DNA from: Verrucomicrobiales bacterium
GTDB taxonomy: Bacteria; Verrucomicrobiota; Verrucomicrobiia; Limisphaerales; J093
Length of the DNA: 64,000 bases
Assembly: GCA_037439785.1 (NCBI GenBank)
Contig: JBBIVJ010000001.1
Coordinates: 97,207 to 161,206, forward strand
Direction of reading: 5' to 3'
Positions 38,302 through 49,882 of this stretch are shown here, in pieces. Position 1 is the stretch's first letter; each line of letters starts with the position of its first letter. Below the pieces are notes generated by a model, which worked only from the letters and a program-made list of their open reading frames with translations, had not been told where the DNA came from and made no database searches. The translations under genes and the position numbers were made by a program.

Positions 38302-39309
38302 TCAGAGTTTGAGCAGTTCCTCGGCAATCTGCACGGCGTTGAGCGCCGCGCCCTTCAGGAGCTGATCGCCGGAGACCCAGAAGCAAAGGCCGTTGTCTAG
38401 GGCACAGTCTTTCCGCAGGCGACCGACCGCGCAGGCGTCCTTGCCGGCCTGGTACAAGGGCAGGGGGTAGGCACACCGGGCCGGGTCGTCAACAACCTCC
38501 AAACCCGGTGCCCTCTGGAGCACCTCGCGCGCGGTCTCGACGCTGACGGGGCGTTCGAATTCGGCGCTGAGCGCCACCGAGTGGGCCCGGTACACCGGCA
38601 CCCGCACACAGGTCACGCTGGCCCGGAAGGTGGGGTGGTGCATGATCTTACGGCCTTCGTTTTCCAGCTTCATCTCCTCGCGGGTGTAGCCGCCGGGCAG
38701 AAAGGCGTCCACGTGCGGCAACACGTTGAAGGCGATCTGGTGCGGGTACACCTCCCGCGTTACCGGCTCTCCGGCCACGATCTGCCGCACCTGCCGCTCC
38801 AGCTCGGCGATGGCCCGGGCCCCGGTGCCCGAGACCGCCTGGTAGCTGGAGGCAAAGATGCGGGTGCACCCAAAAGCCACGTGCAAGGGGTACAGGGCCA
38901 TGAGGGTGATCGCGGTGGTGCAGTTGGGATTGGCAATAATGCCCCGGTGGCGGCGCAAATCCCCCGCGTTGATCTCGGGGACCACCAGCGGCACCTCGGG
39001 CTCCATGCGGAAGGCGCTCGAGTTGTCCACCACCACGCAGCCCGCCCGGACCGCCTGAGGGGCAAACTCCCGCGAGATGCCGCCCCCGGCACTGAACAAC
39101 GCCAGGTCCACCCCCCGAAACGCCTCCCCGGTCAGCTCCCGCACCGGCACCGCCTGCCCCCGAAAAGGCAGGGTCTTGCCCGCGGAACGCGCCGAGGCCA
39201 GCAGGGTCAATTCCCCCACCGGAAACTGGCGGCGTTCGAGGGTCCGGATCATCTCGAGACCAACCGCGCCGGTCGCCCCGACGATGGCCACATGCGGAAG
39301 ACGATTCAT
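38302..39309 (-). CDS. asd: aspartate-semialdehyde dehydrogenase
   Basis: Start trimmed to the ATG at 39309 (MNRLPHVAIVGATGAVG). Contains NPNCTTAITLMALYPL (active-site Cys) and SSYQAVSGTG. Confidence 0.95.
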   Translation of the reverse strand: MNRLPHVAIVGATGAVGLEMIRTLERRQFPVGELTLLASARSAGKTLPFRGQAVPVRELTGEAFRGVDLALFSAGGGISREFAPQAVRAGCVVVDNSSAFRMEPEVPLVVPEINAGDLRRHRGIIANPNCTTAITLMALYPLHVAFGCTRIFASSYQAVSGTGARAIAELERQVRQIVAGEPVTREVYPHQIAFNVLPHVDAFLPGGYTREEMKLENEGRKIMHHPTFRASVTCVRVPVYRAHSVALSAEFERPVSVETAREVLQRAPGLEVVDDPARCAYPLPLYQAGKDACAVGRLRKDCALDNGLCFWVSGDQLLKGAALNAVQIAEELLKL

Positions 39310-39607
39310 AAAAAAGTGGCCGCGAGGCTGCCCGAAAATGCCGGGGGTGTCAAATCGGCTACTAACTCGGCAATGGAGTACAATCCAATTTGAAACCCTA
39401 CGCACCAAAACACGCTGGCGGTTAATCCCCGATGTCTGCCCGTCCCCTGCACCGCCGCAGGGCGTTGGACTCGGATGGCGGGTGGAGAGCCCGGGCAGTT
39501 TCTGTGAGACCCCCAGAGTCCGGCCTGTGCGGCGAAACAACCGGGCCGCGCGGCGGGCCGTTGTCTTGGCAGGGCACCCCACCGGTGGTAAGGAATCGCA
39601 GACGACG

Positions 39608-40474
39608 ATGTTGGGCTTTGGAACCAGGGCGAGGCAGGTGGACCCCGAGGGCCGGCGTTTGCCCGGACCTTTCGGGCGTTTTTACCTGCGGGAGCTGATC
39701 AACAGCGGCGGCATGGCCGACCTGTGGCTGGCCACTGACGAGCACCACATGACCTGCGCCATCCGCTGCCTGCGCGCCGGGGCCGGGTACACCTTCTCCG
39801 CCCGCCGGCGGTTCCAGCGCGGCTGCGAGGTGCTGGCGGCGGTCCAGGACCACGAACACATCATCGGCTACCTCGAACACGGCAAGATTGACGGCACGTG
39901 GTACGTGGCCCTCGAGTACGTCGAGGGGACCAATCTCAAGGTCCTCATGGCCCACAGCGACCCCCAGCTCGAGGAATTCGCCGGGCACATCCTCATTGAT
40001 TCGGCCCGCGCCCTCGAACACGTCCACGACCGCAGCTACATGCACCTGGATTTCAAGCCGGAGAACCTCATGGTCACCCGCAACGGCAGCGTCCGGCTGG
40101 TGGACTTCGACCTCGCCCGGCGCCGGCCCGAATTCCCGGAAAAGCTGTCGGACAACCCCGGCACCCCGGCCTACATGGCCCCCGAGCAGCTCCAGCGCGA
40201 GCCGGTGGACCACCGGGTGGACATCTTTGCCTTCGGCGTCACCGCCTACGAGCTGCTCACCTTCCGCAAGCCGTTTCCGGGCGACAGCCCGGCGGAAATC
40301 CTCGCCCGGCAACTGGACCGCACCGCCGACTTCCTGCCCCCGCGGGCGCTCAACGAGGCCATCCCCCCCGCTCTCGAACGGATCGTGCTCAAATGCCTCG
40401 AGGCCGAGCCGGCCCGCCGCTACCCCTTCATGAGCGTGGTCGTGCGCGACCTCCAGGCCGTGTTGTACATCTAG
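39608..40474 (+). CDS. Ser/Thr protein-kinase-like protein with non-canonical catalytic motifs
   Basis: Start trimmed to the ATG at 39608. The kinase fold is clear from HLDFKPENLM, VDFDLAR and GTPAYMAPEQ. VAIK reads AIR (Arg codon 39764-39766), HRD reads HLD and DFG reads DFD. Confidence 0.8.
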   Translation: MLGFGTRARQVDPEGRRLPGPFGRFYLRELINSGGMADLWLATDEHHMTCAIRCLRAGAGYTFSARRRFQRGCEVLAAVQDHEHIIGYLEHGKIDGTWYVALEYVEGTNLKVLMAHSDPQLEEFAGHILIDSARALEHVHDRSYMHLDFKPENLMVTRNGSVRLVDFDLARRRPEFPEKLSDNPGTPAYMAPEQLQREPVDHRVDIFAFGVTAYELLTFRKPFPGDSPAEILARQLDRTADFLPPRALNEAIPPALERIVLKCLEAEPARRYPFMSVVVRDLQAVLYI

Positions 40475-40498
40475 CCCGCCGCCCGGTCCCCGCGGCGT

Positions 40499-43400
40499 TC
40501 AGCGGCTTTCGAGCCGGAGAAACTGCTGGTCCGGTTCGGCCGGGAAGGCCGCCCAGGACTCCGCGCGCCATCCGCCCCAGGGCGTCCAATGACCCGGCCT
40601 CAAATCCCAGGACTGCCAGAGCCGGAAGGGGCCGCGGCCGCCCAGCCAGTTCACCAGCACCCGGTCCTCCTCGAACCGTACCCACAACCGCGACGCCACA
40701 AAGGCCGCCGCCGGCACGACGCCGGCCACGACGTGTTCGGCGTGGGCCACCGGCCAAACCACCAGGTCGGGCCGCTCCGGCACCCTGCCGGTAAATTGCC
40801 CGGCATCCCGGCCCCAGACCACCAGCCGGCCCTCTTCGGTCCAGGCCAGGCTGACCGCCTCCCCCGCGGCAATGGCCACCACGCGGCTCAGGCCCTCCGG
40901 CACCTGGGACTGCCCCCACTCATTGTCCCCCCAGGCCACCACCTGCCCGGACGCGGTCAGCGCCAGGCTGTGATACCCTCCCGCCGCCACGGTCCTGACC
41001 GATTCCAGGCCGGCCGGGGGCGTGGCCTGACCGCGGTCATCCAACCCCCAGCCCACCACCCGGCCATCGGGGGTTAGGGCGAGGTTGTGGAAATAACCGG
41101 CGGCGATGGCCACCACATTGCTCAGCCCGTCTGGCGGTGTGCTCTCGCCAGACATGTTGTTGCCCCAGCCGACCACGCGACCTTCTGCCGTCAGGGCCAG
41201 GCTGTGGTCTCGCCCGGCGGCCACCGCCACCACATTGCTCAGACCGGCCGGAGGACGGCTTTGGCCCATGGAGTTGTTCCCCCATGTCAGGACGTACCCG
41301 CTCTCGGTCACCCCCAGACCGTGCCGTTCACCGGCGGAGACGGCGATCTGATTGGTGGCGTGCGCGGGAATATTTCGTCGCCCATCATTGGTGGAACCCC
41401 AGCCGATGACCCGGCCGTGGTCGAGCAGTGCCAGGCCATACCTGCCCAAACTGCCGGAGAGCGCCACCACATTGGTCAACTGGGGGACCTTGGTCTGCTC
41501 GTCAGCCCCTGACCCCCCTGCCAGCAGTGACTTGACTTCCATGGTCAACCTGGTGCTGGCGCTTCCGAAGCGGTTGCTCAGGCTCAGCGTGACCGGGAAA
41601 TCTCCGGGCTGGACAGCGCGGCCGCGGATGACCGCTGCCTCACGGTCCAGGTACAGGTCGGGGGGCAGCCCGCTGGCCGTCAGGTCCAGCAAGGGGGGAT
41701 TGATCACTTTCAAGGGGTGTTCGACCGCCTGCCCCAGCGCCAGGGACAGCACCGGCTTGGTGAGCTCCAGGCCCGGCAGGGGGGCGTTGATCAACAACGT
41801 GGCCGGCATCTCTGCCAGGCCCCGGGTGTTCGCCGCGCGAATGACGACCGGATAAACGCCCGGCCGGTCGGCGGTGCCGGTCAACCACCCCGTCTGGGGG
41901 TCCAGCGACAACCCGGCGGGCAGACCCTCGGCTTCGAAGTTCCCGCTGCCGGGGCTGGCCAGGATGCGCGTCCGCAGCGGCACATCCGCCGTGCCCACGA
42001 TCAGCTTCGGCCCCGTGATCAGGGGCGGCGCCTTTTCCGGCGGTTCGCTCACTGCGGCCAGGCAGAGCTCGCCGTAAGCGGCAACGGCCACCGCATGGGA
42101 CAGCGTCTCCGTTTCTGGCACCCGACCCTGGCGGGTGCGGCCCCAGCCGACCACCCGGCCATCCGACCGCAGTGCCAGGCCGGTATGTCTCCCGCCGCCA
42201 CGGCCACCACTTGCGACAAATCCGGCGGCAGATCATCCAGCGCCGGGGAGGGGATGCCCCAGACGCGCACGGTCCTGTCGGCCTGCAACACCACCGTATG
42301 GCTGCGTGCGCCGGCGAGGGCCAGGGGTTGATCGGCCGGTCCGGGCGTCACCGCGGTGGGGAATCCATACCCTCCCCTCTCCAAATCTCGGAAGTATGTC
42401 CCCCAGGCTCGAACCTCATCCCGGGCCGTGATCGCCAGGCTGAAGTAATCGCCGGCGGCTATGGCCACCACGTTGCTCCTTGCTCAACCCCGCCGGGATG
42501 GTGGCCCGTCCGTCCCGGTTGTAGCCCCAGCTCATGACTCGCCCCTCTCCGGTCAAGGCCAGACCGTAGGCCCCACTTCCCGCAACCACGGCCACGACAT
42601 CACTCAACCCCAGCGGCCGGCTCTGGCCGTAATCGTATCGCGGTCTCTCTCCCCACCCCCCGACCGAGGTATCACCCCAGGCCACCGCGGCCGGAATTCC
42701 GGCGGGTGTGATTTGGAAGTGGAGGGTGCGCTGCTGCGTGCCCCGGGCGTTCGAGGCCCGGAGGGTGACTTCGTAAAAGCCCCGCTCGGCGGGTACGCCG
42801 GTGATCACCCGTCGGGCCGGTTCGAGAACGAGTCCGGCGGGCAAACCCACCGCCTCAAGCTGGTCCGCGCCGTTGGCCACGGCCAGGGGCACCCGCAAGG
42901 GGAGTCCCTCCGTACCCACGACCCAGTGCGGCGCCAGAATCTGCGGGGGCGCCTGGCCCGGAGGGAAGCCGGTGAGCACCAGGTTGTAATTCTCCGCCGC
43001 CGCCACCTTGTCCAAGCCCTCCGGCACCCGGGCCTGTCCCTGGTGGTTAAAACCCCAAGCCACCACCCGCCCCTCGGACGTCAGGGCCAGGTTGTGCCCG
43101 GCCCCGGCCGCGATGGCCACCACGTGGGTCAGATCGGGCGGCACGTTGGTCTGGCCGTACAAATTGTTGCCCCAGGCGATCACCCGCCCTTCGGCGGTCA
43201 GGGCCAGGGCGTGAGCCCGTCCCAGGGCCACGGCCACCACGTGGGTCAAGCCGGGCGGCACGGCGAGCTGCCCTTCCTTGCTGTCGCCCCAACCCACCAG
43301 CGGCACCAGGTGCACCAGCGCGCGGGCGCTGACCACTTCGCCCGCCGGGTTGCTCACCCGCACCCGGTAACGCCCCATCTGCGTGGCATCGTTCACCACC

Positions 43401-43656
43401 CAGCGCCATTCGGCCCGGGGGCACCCGGCACGGGCTCGTCCACGGAGGTTTCCTCGTTCTGCCTGAGCCACTGGTAGCTCAGCGGCTCATCCCCTTCCGC
43501 CACCACCCGCAAGACCACTTCCGTGCCGGCCGGCACGTACTGGTCCTGGGGCGGCTCGACGATGCGGGGCGGGGCTTGAGCCCGGAGCCCGGGCGAGGCC
43601 GCCAGCAGGACTGCCAACAAACCGCACAGTCGCGGAGGGAGCGTTGAGCGTTTCAT
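40499..43656 (-). pseudogene. secreted Ig-like / RCC1-repeat protein broken into four ORFs by three frame disruptions
   Basis: ORFs 43393..43656 (signal peptide plus Ig-like YQWLRQNE), 42416..43471, 42049..42471 and 40499..42154 read as one protein when joined. RCC1 blades such as VVAIAAGxxHxLALTxxGRVVxWG recur throughout. Junctions are at about 43411-43425, 42472-42485 and 42188-42196. Confidence 0.7.
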
Positions 43657-44400
43657 GGCTTGGGTGGTTGAAAATCAGCAAAACGCAGGCCAACCCTCTC
43701 GCCTCCCACGGCCGCTGCGATGCCGGCCCTCACCCTTGGAAGGGTGCCCCCGACCGTGGGACTTGCCGTCAAGCCCCAGACACGAGCTTCCCCCCCTTGG
43801 GTGAGTTCATGACCCGCTAGCTGAGACTGCGGCAAATTAATCTGACGCGCCGACGCCGGCAAGCCAAATGCCGGTGACAAAACCGCGATCCCCACCATCC
43901 TCGTGTGGGATGGACGATTGCAGATTGCCGATGGGGGGTTGCCGGGCGGCCGCCCGGGCCAGCCTGCCCCCTACGGAAGGCGGAAAGAATCGAGAATGGT
44001 GAAGCGAGAATGGAGCGATGAGGATGCGGCTCTCCGGCACGGCGGCTCCGATCCGACGTCCCAAGGCCCAATGGAGGGCCGCGCTGCGCCACCGGGCAGG
44101 TAGCCGCCGGCGGCTGCCGGCGGAGAGCAGGTCCGCCACGTCGCCGCAGCATCTGCCGGGGAAGCAGGCCGGGTCGGCGGGGACGCCGCCCCTCCGACGA
44201 TTTCACGGAGCGAGGCTCGTGCCTGGGAGGGGCCGCGTCCTCGCGGTCCCGGCTGGAAGAGGCAGGTCACCCGTTCCAGCCCCGACCCGAATGCGGAACG
44301 CCGATTGCGGATCGGAATGACCTGACAGCAGGCTGATCCGGCTTTCCCAGTCTCGGAACTCGGCGCAGGGAACGCAGGACCCGGAACCCCTCCGTCTGCT

Positions 44401-44436
44401 CCTTCTGACTGCTGCCTTCCGGCTCCTGACTCCTGC
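44401..44436 (+). repeat. degenerate heptanucleotide array
   Basis: Sequence ccttctgactgctgccttccggctcctgactcctgcc has 7-nt periodicity (CTTCTGA / CTCCTGA). It lies about 275 nt upstream of gdhA and is co-oriented with it. Confidence 0.5.
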
Positions 44437-44672
44437 CCACTGTTCCTTGCCCCGGCTCCGGACGTGACAGCGTCGCCGCCTTGGGGTCGGATTGCGGGGA
44501 CAGCCACGCTGCGCGCTTGAACTCCGCGGCCGCCACCGCCTACAAAAGCGGCCCTGCAAATGCAGGCGACACAGCCACCCTTCCGAGCTGATTCGGATCG
44601 GAGCCTCTTGCGCTCCGGCCGCGGCCGGGGCGTCTGCCGGCCCGGCAGGGGTGTGGCGGCGATCGCACCTGA

Positions 44673-46049
<1,377 letters not shown>

Positions 46050-46221
46050 AACGGCTCGTCCCCCCGTCAGGCCGGCTGGCTGCGGCCAGCAGCCTCGCCC
46101 GATTCTGGGGCGGAAGCGGCAGGGAGACCCGCGCTGGGCAATCGGAACGCCTTGCGGCCCGGCGCGCGTGCCGGTCAATTCGTGTCGCCCGGCCGCCTTG
46201 GCTGCTGTCTTGTCTTGCCGC

Positions 46222-46999
46222 TCAGCCTTCCAGCGGCTCGAGGTGCACGGTCACGTCGTTGATGCGGTGGGCCGAAGCCAACAGGCAATCCTAGACCCGA
46301 TGTGCGATGCGGTGGCTGTCGCGCACGCTCATCTCGCCGGGCACCAGCACGTGGATGTCCAGCACCAGTCCGCGGCCGCTCTTGCGGATGCGGCACTTCT
46401 CGATGCCCCGGACCCCCTGGACCTCCCCCGCCAGGCGCCGCACCTGAGCGACCAGTTCCGGGGCCGACCGAGGCATCCATGATTTCGTCGAATGAGACCC
46501 GGAAAAGCCGCAGGCCGTTCCACGCGATCACCCCGCAGGCTGCCAGGGCCGCCCAATCGTCAGCGCTCTCAAAGCCCGGACCGCCCAGCAGGGCGATGGT
46601 GATGCCGACAAAAGCCGCGGCCGAGGTGAGGGCGTCGGAGCGATGATGCCAGGCATCGCTTTGCAGGGTGGTGCTGGTGAGCGAGCGGGCCACCCACAGC
46701 GCCCGCCGGTAAAGCGTTTCCTTCAGGACCACCACCAACGCCAGCGCCACCACGCCAGCGGCAATGGACTCGGCCTTGCCGTGGCCGAAGGGATGGTTGG
46801 TGTCGGCCGGCCTGGCCGCCCACCGCAACGCGCCCCAGACCACGAACGAGCTGAACACATCCGCGGCCGACTCGATGCCGTCGGACACCAGTGCATAGGA
46901 GTGGCCAACCAGACCGGTGACAATCCCGACGGCCGCCAGCAGACCGTTGACCGCAATGGCCAGTTTCAAGACGAGCCATCCTGAATCGAGGCTCGGCAT
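46222..46999 (-). pseudogene. cation diffusion facilitator (CDF) transporter with one frameshift and one in-frame TAG
   Basis: The N-terminal frame reads HSYALVSDGIESAADV...HPFGHGKAE...DAWHHRSDALTS...FDEIMDAS. After an indel in the C/G run at 46458-46465 the frame continues PELVAQVRRLAGEVQGVRGIEKCRIRKSGRGLVLDIHVLVPGEMSVRDSHRIAHRV. A TAG follows at 46293-46291. The same frame then continues DCLLASAHRINDVTVHLEPLEG to the TGA at 46224-46222. Confidence 0.75.
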
Positions 47000-47142
47000 G
47001 ATTCGGCTGCGGCCCAGCCGGACCAACCGCCTTCCGGCTCGTGCGGCGCCCTGCGCCTTCTTATCGCCGCCACCGCCGCCGGGCAACCGCCAAATCCGCA
47101 GCCCGGCCGGGGCGCAGGCTGCTCCAGACCCGGCGTAAGACA

Positions 47143-47184
47143 GGCCAAGGCGAAGGCCGAAGCCCGAAGCCCGAAATCCGAACC
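47143..47184 (-). repeat. heptanucleotide array (reverse orientation)
   Basis: The reverse complement reads gttcgga-tttcggg-cttcggg-cttcggc-cttcgcc. It lies about 145 nt upstream of the minus-strand CDF start and is co-oriented with it. Confidence 0.7.
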
Positions 47185-47496
47185 GCAACACCAGCGGCCG
47201 CTCATAGTGCAGGCTTTAGCCTGTCTGCCCTTGCTGGTAGGGCACGCACTCCGCTGCGCGCCGCCAGCCGTTCGTAGTCCAAGCTTCGGCCTATCGGGCC
47301 GTGCGGCGGGCAGTGGACTGCAGATGCGCCGCGGGCCGGAGGCGCCTGGAGTGTCGAGTTCTCGGGCCTGGGATTCTGGATCGGTCTCGGATTGCCACCT
47401 TTGGAATCCGGAGTTCGGCCCGGCCGATGTGGATTCGGTTGCCTGGGCTGGAGCAGCGCTGCCCGGGCTGTTGGGTCCTGTGACTTAGGGTAATCA

Positions 47497-48057
47497 GGGG
47501 ACATCGTGACCCCGGTGGTAGGGAGGGGCAAGTAGAAGTGGTGGCGTCTGCTCAGGTTCAGCGGGACCCAGTTGAGGACGGCCCCGGCCAGAGCCGGGGC
47601 GGTGGCCTCCAGGATTTGCAGGGGGCTTTGCCATTCCTTGCCCCGATTGGGGCGCACCAGGTTGAAGTAATGCCAGTAGGTGGTCACTTTGCGCCAGAAG
47701 TCGGCCGGGCCGGTGAAGGTTTCGCGGTCGAAGAATTCGTCTTCGACTAGGCGGTGGACGGTTTCGACGTCGCTCTGCCAAGTGTAACGCTTGGGCGGGA
47801 TGTAGCGGTGGTCCGAGCCCAGGGCGCGGGCGGCGGCCTTCAGGCCGTGGTCGCGCGCGAAGGCGACGAGCTTCTGACGGAGCCAATGGCGGTCGGTGCG
47901 CATACGATACAGGTTCAAAGTAGGTGCTGTGCACCGGCCGAGGATGGCAGATTCTTCGCGCCGTTGCTCCGGCTCCTCCGGAGGAGCCGGAGCAACTGGT
48001 CCTTGCGGCCGGTGCTCATCACTTTAATCTTCACCACAAGGGGGTCACGATGTCCCC
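47497..48057 (-). mobile_element. internally deleted IS remnant (rve/DDE integrase fragment) bounded by perfect 17-bp inverted repeats
   Basis: GGGGACATCGTGACCCC at 47497-47513 and its exact reverse complement at 48041-48057. The enclosed minus-strand ORF joins an HTH-like piece (RQKLVAFARDHGLKAAARALG) directly to the C-terminal end of an integrase core (QSDVETVHRLVEDEFF...YFNLVRPNRGKEWQSPLQIL). Most of the DDE domain is missing. Confidence 0.55.
47963..47996. repeat. perfect 34-bp palindrome
   Basis: GTTGCTCCGGCTCCTCC immediately followed by GGAGGAGCCGGAGCAAC, inside the IS remnant. Confidence 0.9.
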
Positions 48058-48297
48058 AGCCTTTCCCAAAGTCCCTTGACACGCGGCCTGACGGAATTTA
48101 ACCTCCGACTTAGCCGTGAAATGGGGAAGTCCATTTCGCGCTTCCGGCCTGCCGATTTCACGTTGTCAGAGCCGCGATATCGGCAGCCGCCAGTGCAACC
48201 TTGAGGCGCTTCAGAGTACAAGCGCGGAGGAGGAGGAGGAATTATTGTTGTTCCGTGTCTCCCGCCCAAACCAACCAGTCCAAACGAGAGGAATTCC

Positions 48298-48768
48298 ATG
48301 CCGAAACATTCTACCGTCAATCCTGTCGCGTCCGCAGCCGGCTCAGCTCTAACTCAACGCCCGTCGGCCCACAACTCCAGTCGCCGAAGGCCCGCTGATC
48401 CTTGGCGACCAAAGTTGGCGGCCAACAGCACGCTGGCGCTGTGGTGTTCGGCCGCGCTCTTCTGTGGCGGCCTGTCGAGCGGCACGGCTGCCCAGCGGAC
48501 AATTGAATTCGTCAACTGGACACAGGAACCAGTTGATGATCTCCATATCAGGTCCAGGCAGAGCGTGAGCGTCGAGCAAGTCACGCCGTTCACGGGCTAC
48601 GGAAACACACCCTGTGCCGGTAGATGTGAATGCGGAGGCTCCCGTGTTGATTTTTTTGGCGCGAATGTTCCGGGGGATGGGGTTGCGACGGTGAGCGTTA
48701 GTTCGACCGCCCCGCAGATAGAAATTTGGAGCTCGTGGGGGGACCAAAGGAGGCGACAAAGTGGGTGA
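48298..48768 (+). CDS. hypothetical secreted protein (lower-GC segment)
   Basis: 156-aa ORF with a signal-like stretch STLALWCSAALFCGGLSSGTAAQ. A GAGAGG lies upstream of the ATG. No domain recognised. Confidence 0.4.
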   Translation: MPKHSTVNPVASAAGSALTQRPSAHNSSRRRPADPWRPKLAANSTLALWCSAALFCGGLSSGTAAQRTIEFVNWTQEPVDDLHIRSRQSVSVEQVTPFTGYGNTPCAGRCECGGSRVDFFGANVPGDGVATVSVSSTAPQIEIWSSWGDQRRRQSG

Positions 48769-49771
48769 AGCATTTCCTGATCGGGGAAAGAAAATGATCT
48801 GCTACGGTGGGGCTGCCGCCGGGGAGGGGGCGATCTTAGTTTCCGTTGGCGGCCTGACGAATGTATTTCGAACCGAACCGGGCTGGCCACCAATGGAGAC
48901 GATGTGGCGCTTCTCCCTGTTCCTACATTCTTTTGTGCGAGGCGACGGGTTTGAACTGATTTCTTCGCTCAAGGGGCCAGATGGCGTCGAGTTCTGCGGC
49001 AATGTCTTGGGCGTCCCAGCCCTTGAATTGCACGCCGCAATCCTCAGCCCCGACAGCGGCCAGATGCTGGTGTTGGAAGATTTGATTGAGCTAAGTATTG
49101 AGCAAACTGCTGGCGATGAGATAGTGCTTTGGTGGCCTGGCGGCGGCTTTTTGCAGCGTGCGGACCGGGTGAGTGGCCCGTGGGTGGACATCAGCGACGC
49201 AGCAAGCCCTTGGACCAACTGGCTTACCGGCGCCAAGCACGACTTCTATCGCGTCCGCCAAGGGCTTCACCCCGGCACCGGCACGATCACCGGCACATGG
49301 ACAGACACCAACGGCCACCCGCTCCCGGGCGCAACGGTTGGAGTCCGTGGCACGGACAACCGAAGCACGCTCGGGCCTGACGGGAGTTTCACCCTGACCA
49401 ACGTCATGGCGGGCGAGTGTTTCTTCGACGTTTATGTTGAGGTCGAACTGCACTCGCTGCAATTGGTGGGCCTTTCAATCCCGGTTCAGGCAGGTCAGAG
49501 CAACGTCGTCGAGTTGACAGGGCAGACCATTTGTTGCCCGCCGCCCCCCGCTTGCACCAATGTGCCTTGGTGTGGCATCGTGGGGGGAAGCGTAGATGGG
49601 GTGCGGAAAGTCGTGGCCGGTGGAGGAGTGCATGACTCTGGTAACCCGCTTGAGTACCCGCCCCCGCTACCGTCACAATTACGCCGCCTCCTCCTGCTGC
49701 CCCAATCACAAGGGTGGCGCACCGACACCGGCAAACTTTCTCGCCCGCGGCTGCGGGCACTTGGACCGTGA
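48761..49771 (+). CDS. hypothetical protein with carboxypeptidase-regulatory-like (CarboxypepD_reg) beta-sandwich
   Basis: The GTG at 48761 is preceded by AAGGAGG (48747-48753) with a 7-nt spacer. Contains GTITGTWTDTNGHPLPGATVGVRGTDNRSTLGPDGSFTLTNV. An internal ...HDFYRVRQG module boundary is present. Confidence 0.5.
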   Translation: MGEAFPDRGKKMICYGGAAAGEGAILVSVGGLTNVFRTEPGWPPMETMWRFSLFLHSFVRGDGFELISSLKGPDGVEFCGNVLGVPALELHAAILSPDSGQMLVLEDLIELSIEQTAGDEIVLWWPGGGFLQRADRVSGPWVDISDAASPWTNWLTGAKHDFYRVRQGLHPGTGTITGTWTDTNGHPLPGATVGVRGTDNRSTLGPDGSFTLTNVMAGECFFDVYVEVELHSLQLVGLSIPVQAGQSNVVELTGQTICCPPPPACTNVPWCGIVGGSVDGVRKVVAGGGVHDSGNPLEYPPPLPSQLRRLLLLPQSQGWRTDTGKLSRPRLRALGP

Positions 49772-49882
49772 CAGTGACAGTTTGCAGCACCACCCGAACC
49801 TGCTCAATAACCATCCCATGACTCCGACCCTTGATCTGTCAGCGGCACAGAGATCCGAGTTCGAGACACGGGCAGTGACGAA

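Noticed and set aside
44640-44665. Possible sigma-54 promoter (tggcggcgatcgca) upstream of gdhA
   Set aside because: The GG-to-GC spacing is 10 nt rather than the 12 nt of TGGCAC-N5-TTGC, and the flanking bases do not match.
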